IMG/VR virus record: IMGVR_UViG_3300020814_000535
Source: a virus
Lineage: Duplodnaviria; Caudoviricetes
Reading direction: 5' to 3' (one strand)
Length of the DNA: 64,000 nucleotides
The position numbers and the translations under genes are program-made. Shown piece after piece: positions 37,811-46,999 of the stretch. The notes under the pieces are model-generated. The model saw only the letters and a list, made by a program, of their open reading frames with translations, did not search any database and was not told the origin of the DNA. The stretch's first letter is position 1, and every line of letters begins with the position of its first letter.

Positions 37811-38503
37811 ATGGAACGCCTCAATCCTCACGGTCTTCTAAGGCGTCTTGCCGCTCAAAAAGTGAAGCCTGACGCTTTCCATGGGATGTTGTTAACTCAC
37901 GGATGTTCAGGCTGTAATCTCGGCTTCCAAGAACAGGCTCATGGCCCAGTTTTCTACCGTGGTGATGTTAATTCTAAGTGGGCTATTATAGGTGAGGCGT
38001 TGGGTGAAACTGAAGTTGAATTACGATTGCCTTTTCAAGGTCCAGCTGGTAAATTGCTAGATCAAATGCTGGGGTTTCTAAATGTGCCATGGGAGCCTCT
38101 GATCAGTAACGTTTGTTTGTGCAGGCCAATTGCTCCAGCAGGTTCGGGCCGACAAAACCTGACTCCAACGGAGGAACAACTCAGTGCTTGCAGGCCTTAT
38201 ATTTCTTACTTGCTTAATTGGGTTCAACCTGATCTCGTGGTACTTTGTGGCGGCACCGCAGTTAAAAGCCTATTACCGAAATTTGCGGGGGAGAAGATAG
38301 GAGATCTGGTCGGGCAATTTATAATCTCCGAGGAATTCGAAGGAATACTGTTTACGGTACTTTATCATCCAGCGTTTTTGCTGCGCAAAAAGAACAATCC
38401 GATTATCTATAAACCATATCAAGAGAAAACAGTAGATGCTCTTAACCGCATCAAAGAGGTCCTCAAGGAAATCTATGAAACTGAAGAAACATCCGCGTCC
38501 TGA
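37811..38503 (+). CDS. Uracil-DNA glycosylase family 4 (4Fe-4S)
   Basis: CSGC.L, IGEALG..E, PF.G.AG.LL, NVC.CRP, C, YHPA. Confidence 0.9.
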   Translation: MERLNPHGLLRRLAAQKVKPDAFHGMLLTHGCSGCNLGFQEQAHGPVFYRGDVNSKWAIIGEALGETEVELRLPFQGPAGKLLDQMLGFLNVPWEPLISNVCLCRPIAPAGSGRQNLTPTEEQLSACRPYISYLLNWVQPDLVVLCGGTAVKSLLPKFAGEKIGDLVGQFIISEEFEGILFTVLYHPAFLLRKKNNPIIYKPYQEKTVDALNRIKEVLKEIYETEETSAS

Positions 38504-38966
38504 CAGAACGCCTCGCGACTCGCAGCAAGCAGAGGGAACTGAAGAGAAGAAGCCTCTTACTATGGAAGAGGCTCTGGTTATTAAACTGAAGTCTCGCCAG
38601 AAGATGCGCGAAGGGGTCCTGAAGAGACTGAAGAACCAGTCTGAGTTAACGGGAACCAAGACTCGTAACTTTGACAAGTCAGTAATGGAGATCGCGAGTC
38701 TACACGAAGAAATGCTTAGTCCTATGATTCTAGATATGGTGAACCTGGTCAAGAAGGTTGGAGTGAATCGTGGGGAGACTTATGAGTTGGCGGCGAATCT
38801 CCGACTCCTGATTGAGATCCTCGTTAAGAAGGGCCTGGTTACCAAGGAGGACTTCGAGGAAGCTCTGAAGGACGTCGAGAAGCGACAGGCTGCCGAAGAA
38901 ACACCAGTGGAAGAAGTTGCTGCTGAAACTCCTGTAGTCACCGAGGAACCGCCTGCCGCTGAATAA
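38475..38966 (+). CDS. Hypothetical protein with acidic tail
   Basis: AAGGA RBS before ATG 38475. Confidence 0.65.
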   Translation: MKLKKHPRPDRTPRDSQQAEGTEEKKPLTMEEALVIKLKSRQKMREGVLKRLKNQSELTGTKTRNFDKSVMEIASLHEEMLSPMILDMVNLVKKVGVNRGETYELAANLRLLIEILVKKGLVTKEDFEEALKDVEKRQAAEETPVEEVAAETPVVTEEPPAAE

Positions 38967-38972
38967 TTTGCC

Positions 38973-39434
38973 GTGAGCGAGATTGTCTCTCTCAATCCCT
39001 GCCGAGTTACCGTTGAGTATGGTGGCGACCTTACTGTTCGTCAATACGCAACTTACTTCCTTTCTAATAGAGCCAAAATAATTCAGAACGGCAGTCTCGT
39101 AATTATTACGGGCAGATTTCTTTCAATAAATAAACTAGAGGCGGCAACCATCCAGGTGCCATCACTACTTACAGTGACTTCGGAAACGGATTTTGGTGGG
39201 GGACCTCCATCTGGGACACTTCTATTTGAGAGTCAAATGCGTCTGGTGATCGTTCATGGGAGAGAGAGCAATAAGACCTATAACGCTTATCATCACACAG
39301 GCATAACAGGAATCAATCCTCCTGTGTATGATAATCTATTTGAATTGACCGGCTACATCAAACCAGTTGAGCCCGAAAAGAAAACCACATTTGCTGGTAT
39401 GTTAGGGAAAATAATTGCCGACGATGAAGAATAA
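38973..39434 (+). CDS. Hypothetical protein
   Basis: ORF in tight operon. Confidence 0.6.
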   Translation: MSEIVSLNPCRVTVEYGGDLTVRQYATYFLSNRAKIIQNGSLVIITGRFLSINKLEAATIQVPSLLTVTSETDFGGGPPSGTLLFESQMRLVIVHGRESNKTYNAYHHTGITGINPPVYDNLFELTGYIKPVEPEKKTTFAGMLGKIIADDEE

Positions 39435-39873
39435 TACAATTAAACTTAGCGAGATCCCAGATATAGATGAATTTCTGCTACAAGAGCATAAAACTATAGT
39501 GATAAATACGGGTGGAAAGAATATAGTCCTTCTGATGGAAATACTTCAGTCAAAGGGATGGGAACTTAATGGGCTTAAGCCCCTTGAATTTATTAAAGTG
39601 GTTTTTCACGACAAGGCAAGGAGCGTCTCGGATTTAAAAGTTGTTATTTTGCGCAAGATTCCTAATGTCAGTAAGCCCTATATGAGCTGGTGTCCAAGCG
39701 GTTGTGACAATCTTTACTGTATAAATGAATCTTTTTTCGTAGACTGTCACCCAAAAAACTCATTTCACTTAAAACTAGTCATAGACGAAGCTTCTCAAAA
39801 AGTTCCTCAAAAGAGTGAATCTCTCGTTAGTTTGTTTGGAAGGCTAATAGCTGGCAATGACGACTTTAAATAA
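39415..39873 (+). CDS. Hypothetical protein
   Basis: ORF in tight operon. Confidence 0.55.
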   Translation: MPTMKNNTIKLSEIPDIDEFLLQEHKTIVINTGGKNIVLLMEILQSKGWELNGLKPLEFIKVVFHDKARSVSDLKVVILRKIPNVSKPYMSWCPSGCDNLYCINESFFVDCHPKNSFHLKLVIDEASQKVPQKSESLVSLFGRLIAGNDDFK

Positions 39874-40111
39874 AGAAGCAGCCCTCAATCGTGCCAAAGA
39901 ACAAGGCATCGACGAATTAACTGACGATCACTGGAAAGTCATCCAGTATCTTCATGACTACTACACCAAATACGACTTAGCTCCAATGGTCAGGACATTA
40001 CTAAAAGAGACAGGAATTACATTGAAGAGGCTGTATGAATTATTCCCTGCAGGACCAGCTAAGGGGGCTTGTTTTGTGGCGGGGTTACCGAAGTCGCAAA
40101 GCTGCGTCTAA
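39857..40111 (+). CDS. dsrC: DsrC/TusE-family sulfur carrier with both C-terminal Cys (DsrC-type), short N-terminus
   Basis: LTDDHWKVI.YL.DYY, APMVR.L.K.TG, YELFP.GPAKGAC..AGLPK...CV (C-x10-C). Confidence 0.9.
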   Translation: MTTLNKEAALNRAKEQGIDELTDDHWKVIQYLHDYYTKYDLAPMVRTLLKETGITLKRLYELFPAGPAKGACFVAGLPKSQSCV

Positions 40112-40540
40112 TTACTTTAGCAATTCAGTTCTCGGGCTCATTACATCAATAACCATTCCCTTGATCTCTGGGCTACGACGAATACGGCCCCATTCCTTGA
40201 AAGCTTCATCTTTGGTTCCAAGAATTAGCTTCCTGGTGTCGTAATCCGGGAGAGGGATATTTCTTCCGTAACGGTCTAGTATTGGAGAACGTCGATAGAT
40301 GACTGTCATGTAGGGGAGGTTGATATTTACCTCGATTTTGATGATTCGTTGGCGGCACCTACGAAGCAGATTCCAAACTTCAAAAGAATCTTCCAGCTCT
40401 CCGTATAGAAGCATTTGCAGACTGTCTCTCTGAATAGGGATTCGCTCTTCGCACTCCTTTGGATCGAATCCTGAAATACGATTCTCTTCCTCGAGTTTCT
40501 GTTCTACGATAATGTCCTGGGGGATGATTTTCTCGGCCAC
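40112..40540 (-). CDS. Hypothetical protein
   Basis: AGGAG RBS; last gene of the - strand block. Confidence 0.6.
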   Translation of the reverse strand: MAEKIIPQDIIVEQKLEEENRISGFDPKECEERIPIQRDSLQMLLYGELEDSFEVWNLLRRCRQRIIKIEVNINLPYMTVIYRRSPILDRYGRNIPLPDYDTRKLILGTKDEAFKEWGRIRRSPEIKGMVIDVMSPRTELLK

Positions 40541-40544
40541 AATC

Positions 40545-41246
40545 TTACTCCTTTTTACTCCTTTGATTTACCCTTGGAGGTAAACCAGCAAATTTCTCTA
40601 ACCTGTGGATTCGGATGAGTTTGATATTTAGTTTTTGCTCGCAGATACCAAGGATTCTGGCTGATTCCTCCGCTGTAAAGTTTTCAGCATGATGTAAGTA
40701 AAGTGCTACACAGTCAGTGTAGCTCAGGTCCTTGAAGAAGTCAAAGTCCAGAGATTCTTCACAAAATTTTTCTACCAAAGCATCTTCGGGCAATTCTTCC
40801 CAAGAGACTTCGTCTTCTAAGCTTCTCAAGTACTGTTTGGGCCTTGTCATTCTGTAGACCAGGTGTTTACTAAGAATGTTGACCACTATGTGCCCGCGCG
40901 GACGGTAGTGCGGAAATCTATTCTCATAGCACATCAAATACATTTCGTTAATTAGTTCGTCGTCTTCTACCCACCAAGACTTCTCCAGAAACTCTTGGAC
41001 TTCATCCAGGGACGTCCACTTGTATCTCTGGTCTACTTGGCTGAGAAACAGGGCTAGAAACCGTTTGGCGGGCTTCCTGTTTCGGTAGGTTCGCCGGCAT
41101 TTAAACTGATCGACTAGGAAATTGATCTGGGGAATGTAACGAAGGTGTTTATATCTTCTGGAGTAAGATCTTTTACGATTCCCATTCCGGGATGGTATGC
41201 TTGCATTTCTTAGCCAGTTCGGAATAGTAGAAGAGGGTTGTGACAT
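40545..41246 (-). CDS. Putative phage sigma-factor-like protein (region-4 HTH)
   Basis: C-terminal LSYTD...LYLHH.ENFT.EE.ARILGI resembles sigma70 region 4. Confidence 0.5.
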   Translation of the reverse strand: MSQPSSTIPNWLRNASIPSRNGNRKRSYSRRYKHLRYIPQINFLVDQFKCRRTYRNRKPAKRFLALFLSQVDQRYKWTSLDEVQEFLEKSWWVEDDELINEMYLMCYENRFPHYRPRGHIVVNILSKHLVYRMTRPKQYLRSLEDEVSWEELPEDALVEKFCEESLDFDFFKDLSYTDCVALYLHHAENFTAEESARILGICEQKLNIKLIRIHRLEKFAGLPPRVNQRSKKE

Positions 41247-41784
41247 TTTGTTCTGAAAAGAATTTTGCCGCCCCCGTTTTCGCAGACCCGACTACACAAT
41301 ACAGTTTAGCAAACTCTTCTGGATAATACTTCTTAAATCTTTTGATCTTGGTTCTATCTTGTTTGGGAAGGAACCCCTTAATCTCTATCCAGATGTATTC
41401 GCCAGATTTAAAAGTCACTTTGAAATCAGGGGTATAACTGACTGTGCCGTGAAGAATCCCGAAAGGAGCAAAGGAGAACGTGGTCGGCTCAACTTCGATA
41501 TGATGAACATTATCTTGTGTTTTCAAATATCTGTAGGTGTTTGCCTCCCATGTTGAGCGCATAACTTGGTTATCACAATCTTTACGTCTGCCGATCTTGC
41601 TGACCTGTCGTTTCTTGGGTCCGCGCGAAGGTGTTTCGCCATCTAATTCTGCTAGCTTAGTTTGAATAGCGTAGCGACTCTTGGCCATATAGGCACAAAG
41701 CTGGTTAATCTCCAAGCTCTTATGTGTTTTCAGATAATCTTCTTCGAGAGGAGACCAGGTGGTTGGCTTAAAGTGTTTTCCCAT
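41173..41784 (-). CDS. PD-(D/E)XK endonuclease with N-terminal HTH
   Basis: RSTWEAN, YTPDF, IEIKG. Confidence 0.8.
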   Translation of the reverse strand: MGKHFKPTTWSPLEEDYLKTHKSLEINQLCAYMAKSRYAIQTKLAELDGETPSRGPKKRQVSKIGRRKDCDNQVMRSTWEANTYRYLKTQDNVHHIEVEPTTFSFAPFGILHGTVSYTPDFKVTFKSGEYIWIEIKGFLPKQDRTKIKRFKKYYPEEFAKLYCVVGSAKTGAAKFFSEQNVTTLFYYSELAKKCKHTIPEWES

Positions 41785-42475
41785 TCTTCTTCAGAAATTC
41801 CTCTTTCCAAGCTTTGAGTGCAGCAATTGATTTAGAGCCGAAATCTCCATCAATTTTTGCTAAATAAAAGCCATCGCCAGCCAGTTTCTTTTGCAGTCTC
41901 AGAGTTACTTCTTTGCGCAGTTTACTTAAATCTACAGCCATTCCAGGACAAATGTGTTTGTACTTCTTAGAACCATTTCCGAGTAAAATAACCATCCCAG
42001 GAACTTCCCTGTGGCCATAAATGACCTTGGGTTGGAGGGTAAAAAATAAACACAGCTTCACTAGGTGTTCTAGTAGACTCTCATATTGTACCTGCGGAGG
42101 AGCTTCTTTTCCTCCAGGATAAGCCATTACAACTCCAACAGATGTTTTATTCCAGGCCCCACAATGCCAAGTCCAATCGTCATATTCGTTACAGTGAAAT
42201 ACCACTCCGTCCTTGTCAATAAAGTCAGCGTAGCAAATACGAGGACAGCCCTTTTTGGAGATATGATTAGGCCCAATGTGATAGGTATTCGTTTCAAAGG
42301 GATCTTGGTTTGTCCCGCCGGTACAATGGACGATAATACGCAGAATCTGTTTGCGTTTAGCCCATTTTCTAGTCGGGTGACGAGGCAGAGTTGCTCTAAG
42401 ATCTACTAGTTTATAAGCCAAAACAATTCCCCCTTTCGTTGCCTCTATCTTCTCATAATTTGGCTTGCAAACCAA
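41768..42475 (-). CDS. N-acetylmuramoyl-L-alanine amidase (endolysin) with C-terminal PG-binding domain
   Basis: IIVHCT, WHCGAWN..S.GV, GHRE, CPG; LQKKL...IDGDFG..S..AL. Confidence 0.88.
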   Translation of the reverse strand: MVCKPNYEKIEATKGGIVLAYKLVDLRATLPRHPTRKWAKRKQILRIIVHCTGGTNQDPFETNTYHIGPNHISKKGCPRICYADFIDKDGVVFHCNEYDDWTWHCGAWNKTSVGVVMAYPGGKEAPPQVQYESLLEHLVKLCLFFTLQPKVIYGHREVPGMVILLGNGSKKYKHICPGMAVDLSKLRKEVTLRLQKKLAGDGFYLAKIDGDFGSKSIAALKAWKEEFLKKNGKTL

Positions 42476-42855
42476 TCCTCCGAGATAGTATCAACGTCAT
42501 TAGCATCGATAACTATATATACGAACCCTATCTCTTCTGCTGCTTTCTTCTTGATACCGTCTCTATAGATAATCTCTTGATATCTGGTCTCAGCTTCCTC
42601 CTGGGTGGTGCTTTTGGACCAGTAGGTGGGCTTGTAATGTTGTGCGCCCATCACTTCGATAACGACTCGAAGATCTAGAATTACCCAGTCAAACTTACAT
42701 CGGCCATCCCTGAAGGAGGGGTTAATCTTATTAACCGGATACTCCTGGTAGATCCTGTAATTTTTATAGGAGGACGCCCTTAAAAATTCGCCCACTTTTT
42801 TATGGGGGTAACTGGCTGAGGAAGAGGGGGAATACTTGAAACGCTTGGTTTTCAA
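42445..42855 (-). CDS. DUF559/Vsr-like endonuclease
   Basis: QEY, FDW, IEVMG.QHY, RD..KK..A. Confidence 0.75.
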   Translation of the reverse strand: MKTKRFKYSPSSSASYPHKKVGEFLRASSYKNYRIYQEYPVNKINPSFRDGRCKFDWVILDLRVVIEVMGAQHYKPTYWSKSTTQEEAETRYQEIIYRDGIKKKAAEEIGFVYIVIDANDVDTISEDWFASQIMRR

Positions 42856-43151
42856 GTGAAATACTTTTTATCGATAGGATTCTTTAGCCACTCGTTATCT
42901 GGCAGATCTGGCTTGCTGGGATCGAGGATACCTTTCTGAGTCAGGTATTGTTCCAGGGCCAAAGCCAGGTTATCGTCCGTGATGAAAGCAAAGTCGCTAC
43001 CACCCGTGTCTTCTTCTATATATTTTTTCCCACTAAATCGATCCGTAAAAGCGACGAAGGTTCTGAAGCCATAAGATACCGTGGCTAGGTGAAGACGACC
43101 TAGAAAACCTGGAATAGAATACTTTCTATTATCTTTCAGAACAAAATTCAT
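42852..43151 (-). CDS. Hypothetical protein
   Basis: ATGA/TTGA overlaps. Confidence 0.6.
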   Translation of the reverse strand: MNFVLKDNRKYSIPGFLGRLHLATVSYGFRTFVAFTDRFSGKKYIEEDTGGSDFAFITDDNLALALEQYLTQKGILDPSKPDLPDNEWLKNPIDKKYFT

Positions 43152-43450
43152 TGTACCTTAGGAAAGGGAGGGAGAGGCAAATCGTCCTTGCCAAGTTCCT
43201 TTTCCATCTGCTCATAGAGCTTCCAAGTCTGGTCAGTTCTTCCTGGCTCCAGAGAAGGGAGAAGAATATTGCCGCACTTTGGACATAAGTAAGCAACGAA
43301 GTTAATGTCTTTTACCTTGGGAATAGTTTGTCCAAGAATAACGTTGTGAAAAGCTTTAAATTGAGAAAGCTTCATTTCATACAGAAAACTATTATCGCAT
43401 CGTTCGCAGCGCAAGGGTTCGTTCATGGGATCTAGGGGTTCTCGGGCCAA
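43148..43450 (-). CDS. Zn-ribbon hypothetical protein
   Basis: CERC...CPKCG; GAGGAG RBS. Confidence 0.6.
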   Translation of the reverse strand: MAREPLDPMNEPLRCERCDNSFLYEMKLSQFKAFHNVILGQTIPKVKDINFVAYLCPKCGNILLPSLEPGRTDQTWKLYEQMEKELGKDDLPLPPFPKVQ

Positions 43451-43452
43451 GA

Positions 43453-43620
43453 TTAGCTCTCCTCTTGTTCTTTTAGATCACAATCAACACAGATTCCTCG
43501 GTCTGTTATAGCATCAACTAGGACTTTGTTGCCACACTTTTTACAAACAGCCTTGATTTCGGGTTCGGCGTCTTCCCAAACAAAACGTACTTTTCCGTTC
43601 TTATCGACTACTTCTAGCAA
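43453..43620 (-). CDS. 55-aa Zn-finger protein (not in ORF track)
   Basis: AAGGAG RBS + TTG; MLEVVDKNGKVRFVWEDAEPEIKAVCKKCGNKVLVDAITDRGICVDCDLKEQEES. Confidence 0.65.
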   Translation of the reverse strand: MLEVVDKNGKVRFVWEDAEPEIKAVCKKCGNKVLVDAITDRGICVDCDLKEQEES

Positions 43621-43651
43621 GGGGCTCCTTTCTCTCTTTTAAATACAAATA

Positions 43652-43680
43652 TTGCAAAAAGTAACTATATATGGTATTTT
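43652..43680 (+). promoter_or_regulatory. Putative sigma70 promoter for tnpB (leaderless)
   Basis: TTGCAA-17 nt-TATTTT with extended TG; ATG 7 nt downstream; no SD. Confidence 0.55.
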
Positions 43681-43687
43681 ACAATAA

Positions 43688-44839
43688 ATGCCTTACAGAG
43701 TATTTAGATTACCTCTATTTCCCACAAAGAAACAAGTATCTATATTAAAACACACGTCTCAAGAATTTACTAGGGCATTTAATTTTGTCTGTGAGATTGG
43801 TTGGGAGAACCATTGTAAAAATGGAGTTATTCTTCACCATTTAACCTATAAGGAATCAAAAACTAAATTTCCTAGCCTTGTATCAGACTTCCACGTACAA
43901 GCACGGGTCAAAGCTACAGGAGCCTTAAAAGCTCTTTTTACAAAAGCCAACAAGGGTCAAAAGGTATCGCAACCTAAATCGCTTGGCATTTCTCCTTTAT
44001 ACGAAAAACATACATTTAAAATATATTGGGACAGAGGCTTCGTCCGTCTATCGACCACTTCTGGCAGGCAATCGATATTATTTAGCATTCCAAAATATGT
44101 CGCAAAATACTCTTCGTGCAAAGAACGTTCAGCCGAATTAAAAGAGAGAGACGGCAAATGGTTCCTTAATGTTTCTGTAAAATTAGAAATTCCCGAAATC
44201 CAGAAGTCAGCCCAAATCACAGGCGTCGATCTTGGTCTTTCAAACCCCGCAGTAACTAGCAACAACAAATTCTTTGGGAAACGTCGCTGGAAAGCCACTG
44301 AGAAAAAGCATTTCAATCTTCGAAGGAATCTTCAAAAAGCGGGCACCAAAAGTGCTAAACGACACCTGAAACGCCTTCGCAGGAAACTTGCTAGATTTCA
44401 TCGGGATTGCGACCATGTCCTTTCGAAACAAATTGTTCAGTCTGTAGAGCCTGGAAGCACTATTGTTCTTGAGAATCTAAAAAACATTCGTAAAACTGCC
44501 AAGGTCCACTATGGCGCTCAAGCACGACGTCTTCATTCCTGGAGTTTTGCACAACTAAAATCCTTTATTGAGTACAAAGCAGAAGAACGCGGTTGTACGG
44601 TGGTTGGGATTGATCCCCGACATACCTCGCAGACCTGCAGTCGCTGTGGGCACGTAGCCCGCAACAATCGGCGTTCTCGTGCATGGTTTAAATGTAGAAA
44701 GTGTGGTTTTCAACTCCATGCCGATCTCAATGGTGCAAGAAATATTACTGCAAAGTACCTTGCTAACGAGAGTAAATCCCTCGTTAGTGGGCTGCCTGTC
44801 GATCAGCCTATTGTAGATATATCTCTATCTACAAGTTAG
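43688..44839 (+). mobile_element. tnpB: IS200/IS605-family TnpB RNA-guided endonuclease (solo, no TnpA)
   Basis: RuvC triad GVDLG / IVLENL / HADLNGARNI, Zn finger CSRC..CRKC; opposite strand to both neighbours. Confidence 0.93.
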
Positions 44840-44858
44840 ATTTATTCTAGCAATCGAC
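44762..44858 (+). ncRNA. Putative omega-RNA scaffold / right-end hairpins of the tnpB element
   Basis: Hairpins CTAACGAG..CTCGTTAG and TTGTAGATA..TATCTACAA overlapping the tnpB 3' end. Confidence 0.45.
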
Positions 44859-44860
44859 TC

Positions 44861-45616
44861 TTAGAAGTTGCACTTCTCCCTAAATTCACAGGTTAAACAC
44901 TGGTTGGTGACAGATGGATAATAGAGATCGTTTGCGATGTTCTTCAGGATGGATTCTATTTTTTGAAACTCGTTCATATCTTTAATGAAAAAGGTCCTAG
45001 TGCTTACCTTATTTGTATCACAGTCTATGAAATGTCTAACTAATTTGTAGGGTTTAATTCCAGAGGCCTTCCAAAAGCTGAATATTCTCGTGCGAGTAAA
45101 GATATCTCTCAGGAATTCTTGGGCTGTTTGAGGAATGTCGGAGAAATCTACAAGGATAATTTTATCTTCGTCTCTCAAAATCAGGGGAATGAAATCTTCA
45201 TAGGTCTTATGAAGACTCATAAAGTTGAAGCTATGCCTCACGGGCAACTCGCCTAAAAGAAACTTCTCGTGTTCATGTGGAAGATAGATTTCGTGGAACC
45301 AATGGTAGAGAGCAGTGAATAGAGGCTCTAGATCGTAGGGTAAGTCCCAGCCTTTCTTACCTAGGTCCGTAAGGACATAGCCTGCAAGTTGTCGTACTTT
45401 GGGCCAACCGTGTTTTTGCGCTCCATTCGAACGTTCCGCATAGACATTTTTCTGGATATGGAACTTCCGAATGGTTTCGGCCAGGAAGTGGCCAAGGAAA
45501 GAGTTGAGAAGGGAGAAGTTGCTTTTCTTAGCGTAGAAGAGGCGCTGAGGACACTGAGTGTAGAGCAGTACGTCAGCGGGGGAAATTAATCTGATTGATT
45601 TAGAGATGTACGCCAC
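44861..45616 (-). CDS. Cas4/RecB-like PD-(D/E)XK-fold protein with 4-Cys cluster, catalytic motif degenerate
   Basis: YTQCPQR...CLTCEFREKC; ILVDFS where IIDYK is expected. Confidence 0.6.
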   Translation of the reverse strand: MAYISKSIRLISPADVLLYTQCPQRLFYAKKSNFSLLNSFLGHFLAETIRKFHIQKNVYAERSNGAQKHGWPKVRQLAGYVLTDLGKKGWDLPYDLEPLFTALYHWFHEIYLPHEHEKFLLGELPVRHSFNFMSLHKTYEDFIPLILRDEDKIILVDFSDIPQTAQEFLRDIFTRTRIFSFWKASGIKPYKLVRHFIDCDTNKVSTRTFFIKDMNEFQKIESILKNIANDLYYPSVTNQCLTCEFREKCNF

Positions 45617-45786
45617 AGAGCCCAGGAGAGATGTTTTTCTTTCATTCCGCCAAGAAGTTTCTCAGCAATGGCACCGCATTCGGGACATAGCTTTTCGTGC
45701 CCAATATCAACTTCCATCAAAGACAAATCGTCTTCAAAGATTTCTACCTCACAATCTTTATTTAGGCAAGCAAAATCGAAAAGCAT
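45586..45786 (-). CDS. FmdB-like Zn-ribbon protein
   Basis: FDFAC....C..FE...CPECG..AEKL; AGGAGG RBS. Confidence 0.7.
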   Translation of the reverse strand: MLFDFACLNKDCEVEIFEDDLSLMEVDIGHEKLCPECGAIAEKLLGGMKEKHLSWALWRTSLNQSD

Positions 45787-45795
45787 GTGACCTCC

Positions 45796-46983
45796 TTAGA
45801 GCGTAGGTGCGTACAGTACCTTCGTGCCCTTAATTAGCTTGCGATTCACAGAGGTACTCTGAATGAAGATCTGATAGTTTCCGTGGTCGCCAGGCTTTAC
45901 ACGAATATCCTGGGACGGGAGCTTAAGAAGTTGTCTCGCTTGGTGCCCGCCATAAATACGAGAGCCATTCTTTTCCATAATCAAGATCTTCTTGTAACTA
46001 TGAATCTTTTCAGGCTTTGTTAGCTCGTAGTAAAGCCCGCCAAGAACATAATTCCCAAAGCGCCCAACACAGAAAGTCTTTACGTCAGTATCTTCGGATA
46101 CCGAGGCTTCCTGAACCTTGGGACTTAGGTCGTCGAGATTGGTTACTTGCTTCTTGGTTACATGGGAAAGATCTGTATAGAAAGTTTGCGTTGACGTCTT
46201 GCCAAGAGAACGAGTCAGATAGAAATTCTGCACGCCAGTGTTGAGGTTCATAGAAACAGTATTCATTCCTTCAACTGTCCCGATTTCCCACTCAGCGATA
46301 TTGCCTTGCGGAATGCCAAGCTTTCTCATTAGGACATGCTTGTAGGCCCCGCCGCCTGGAACCATAAAAGCAAAGGTCCAACGGTCAGTAAGCTGCATAT
46401 CAGTAATGCGTTGTCTCAAAGTTTCGGCAACACGATATGCCCCACGAGAAGCGTTCTCGTATCCATCAGTCACAATCATAAAAACATAGCTCTCATCGCT
46501 ATTTGCCTTTGCGTCCTTTAACAACCGATCAATCGTTGTTCCTACTGAATCAAAGAGGGCTGTACATCCAGTAATAAGATAGTCTGACCTTGGAATTGCC
46601 TTTACTTCCTTCGCTGGCCTCTTATAGAAAATATTCCTAACATAGTCGCCAAACGTAAGAAATGTAATCGTCGAATTCATCCCCGTCCGATAAGCCTCAG
46701 ACTTAATCGTTTCGATATTTTTGTTTACAGCTGTAAGAGCTTCGGTAGCCAGAGTACTCATAGAATATGACCCATCGAGGATAATCACAAAGTGATTTAC
46801 TTTCTCGTCCTGCGGAGGAGCTGGTGGCGCAGGAGGAGCTACAACTACGACCGTCATTGCCTTTAGACAGGCCGCCCGAAGCTCTTCCTTACTCATGTGT
46901 CCGCGTCCCTGAATGTTAAGCTGCTTGGCTACTACACGAAGTTCGTCACGGGTCATGTTTTCTAGGTTTTTACTGATTTTCAT
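45796..46983 (-). CDS. vWA-domain protein with N-terminal Rho_N-like module
   Basis: AAGGAG + ATG 46983; LENMTRDELR.VAK.LNI.G...M.KEEL; MIDAS DGSYSM, TALFD, TDGYEN. Confidence 0.85.
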   Translation of the reverse strand: MKISKNLENMTRDELRVVAKQLNIQGRGHMSKEELRAACLKAMTVVVVAPPAPPAPPQDEKVNHFVIILDGSYSMSTLATEALTAVNKNIETIKSEAYRTGMNSTITFLTFGDYVRNIFYKRPAKEVKAIPRSDYLITGCTALFDSVGTTIDRLLKDAKANSDESYVFMIVTDGYENASRGAYRVAETLRQRITDMQLTDRWTFAFMVPGGGAYKHVLMRKLGIPQGNIAEWEIGTVEGMNTVSMNLNTGVQNFYLTRSLGKTSTQTFYTDLSHVTKKQVTNLDDLSPKVQEASVSEDTDVKTFCVGRFGNYVLGGLYYELTKPEKIHSYKKILIMEKNGSRIYGGHQARQLLKLPSQDIRVKPGDHGNYQIFIQSTSVNRKLIKGTKVLYAPTL

Positions 46984-46999
46984 TAATTCTCCTTGAGCT

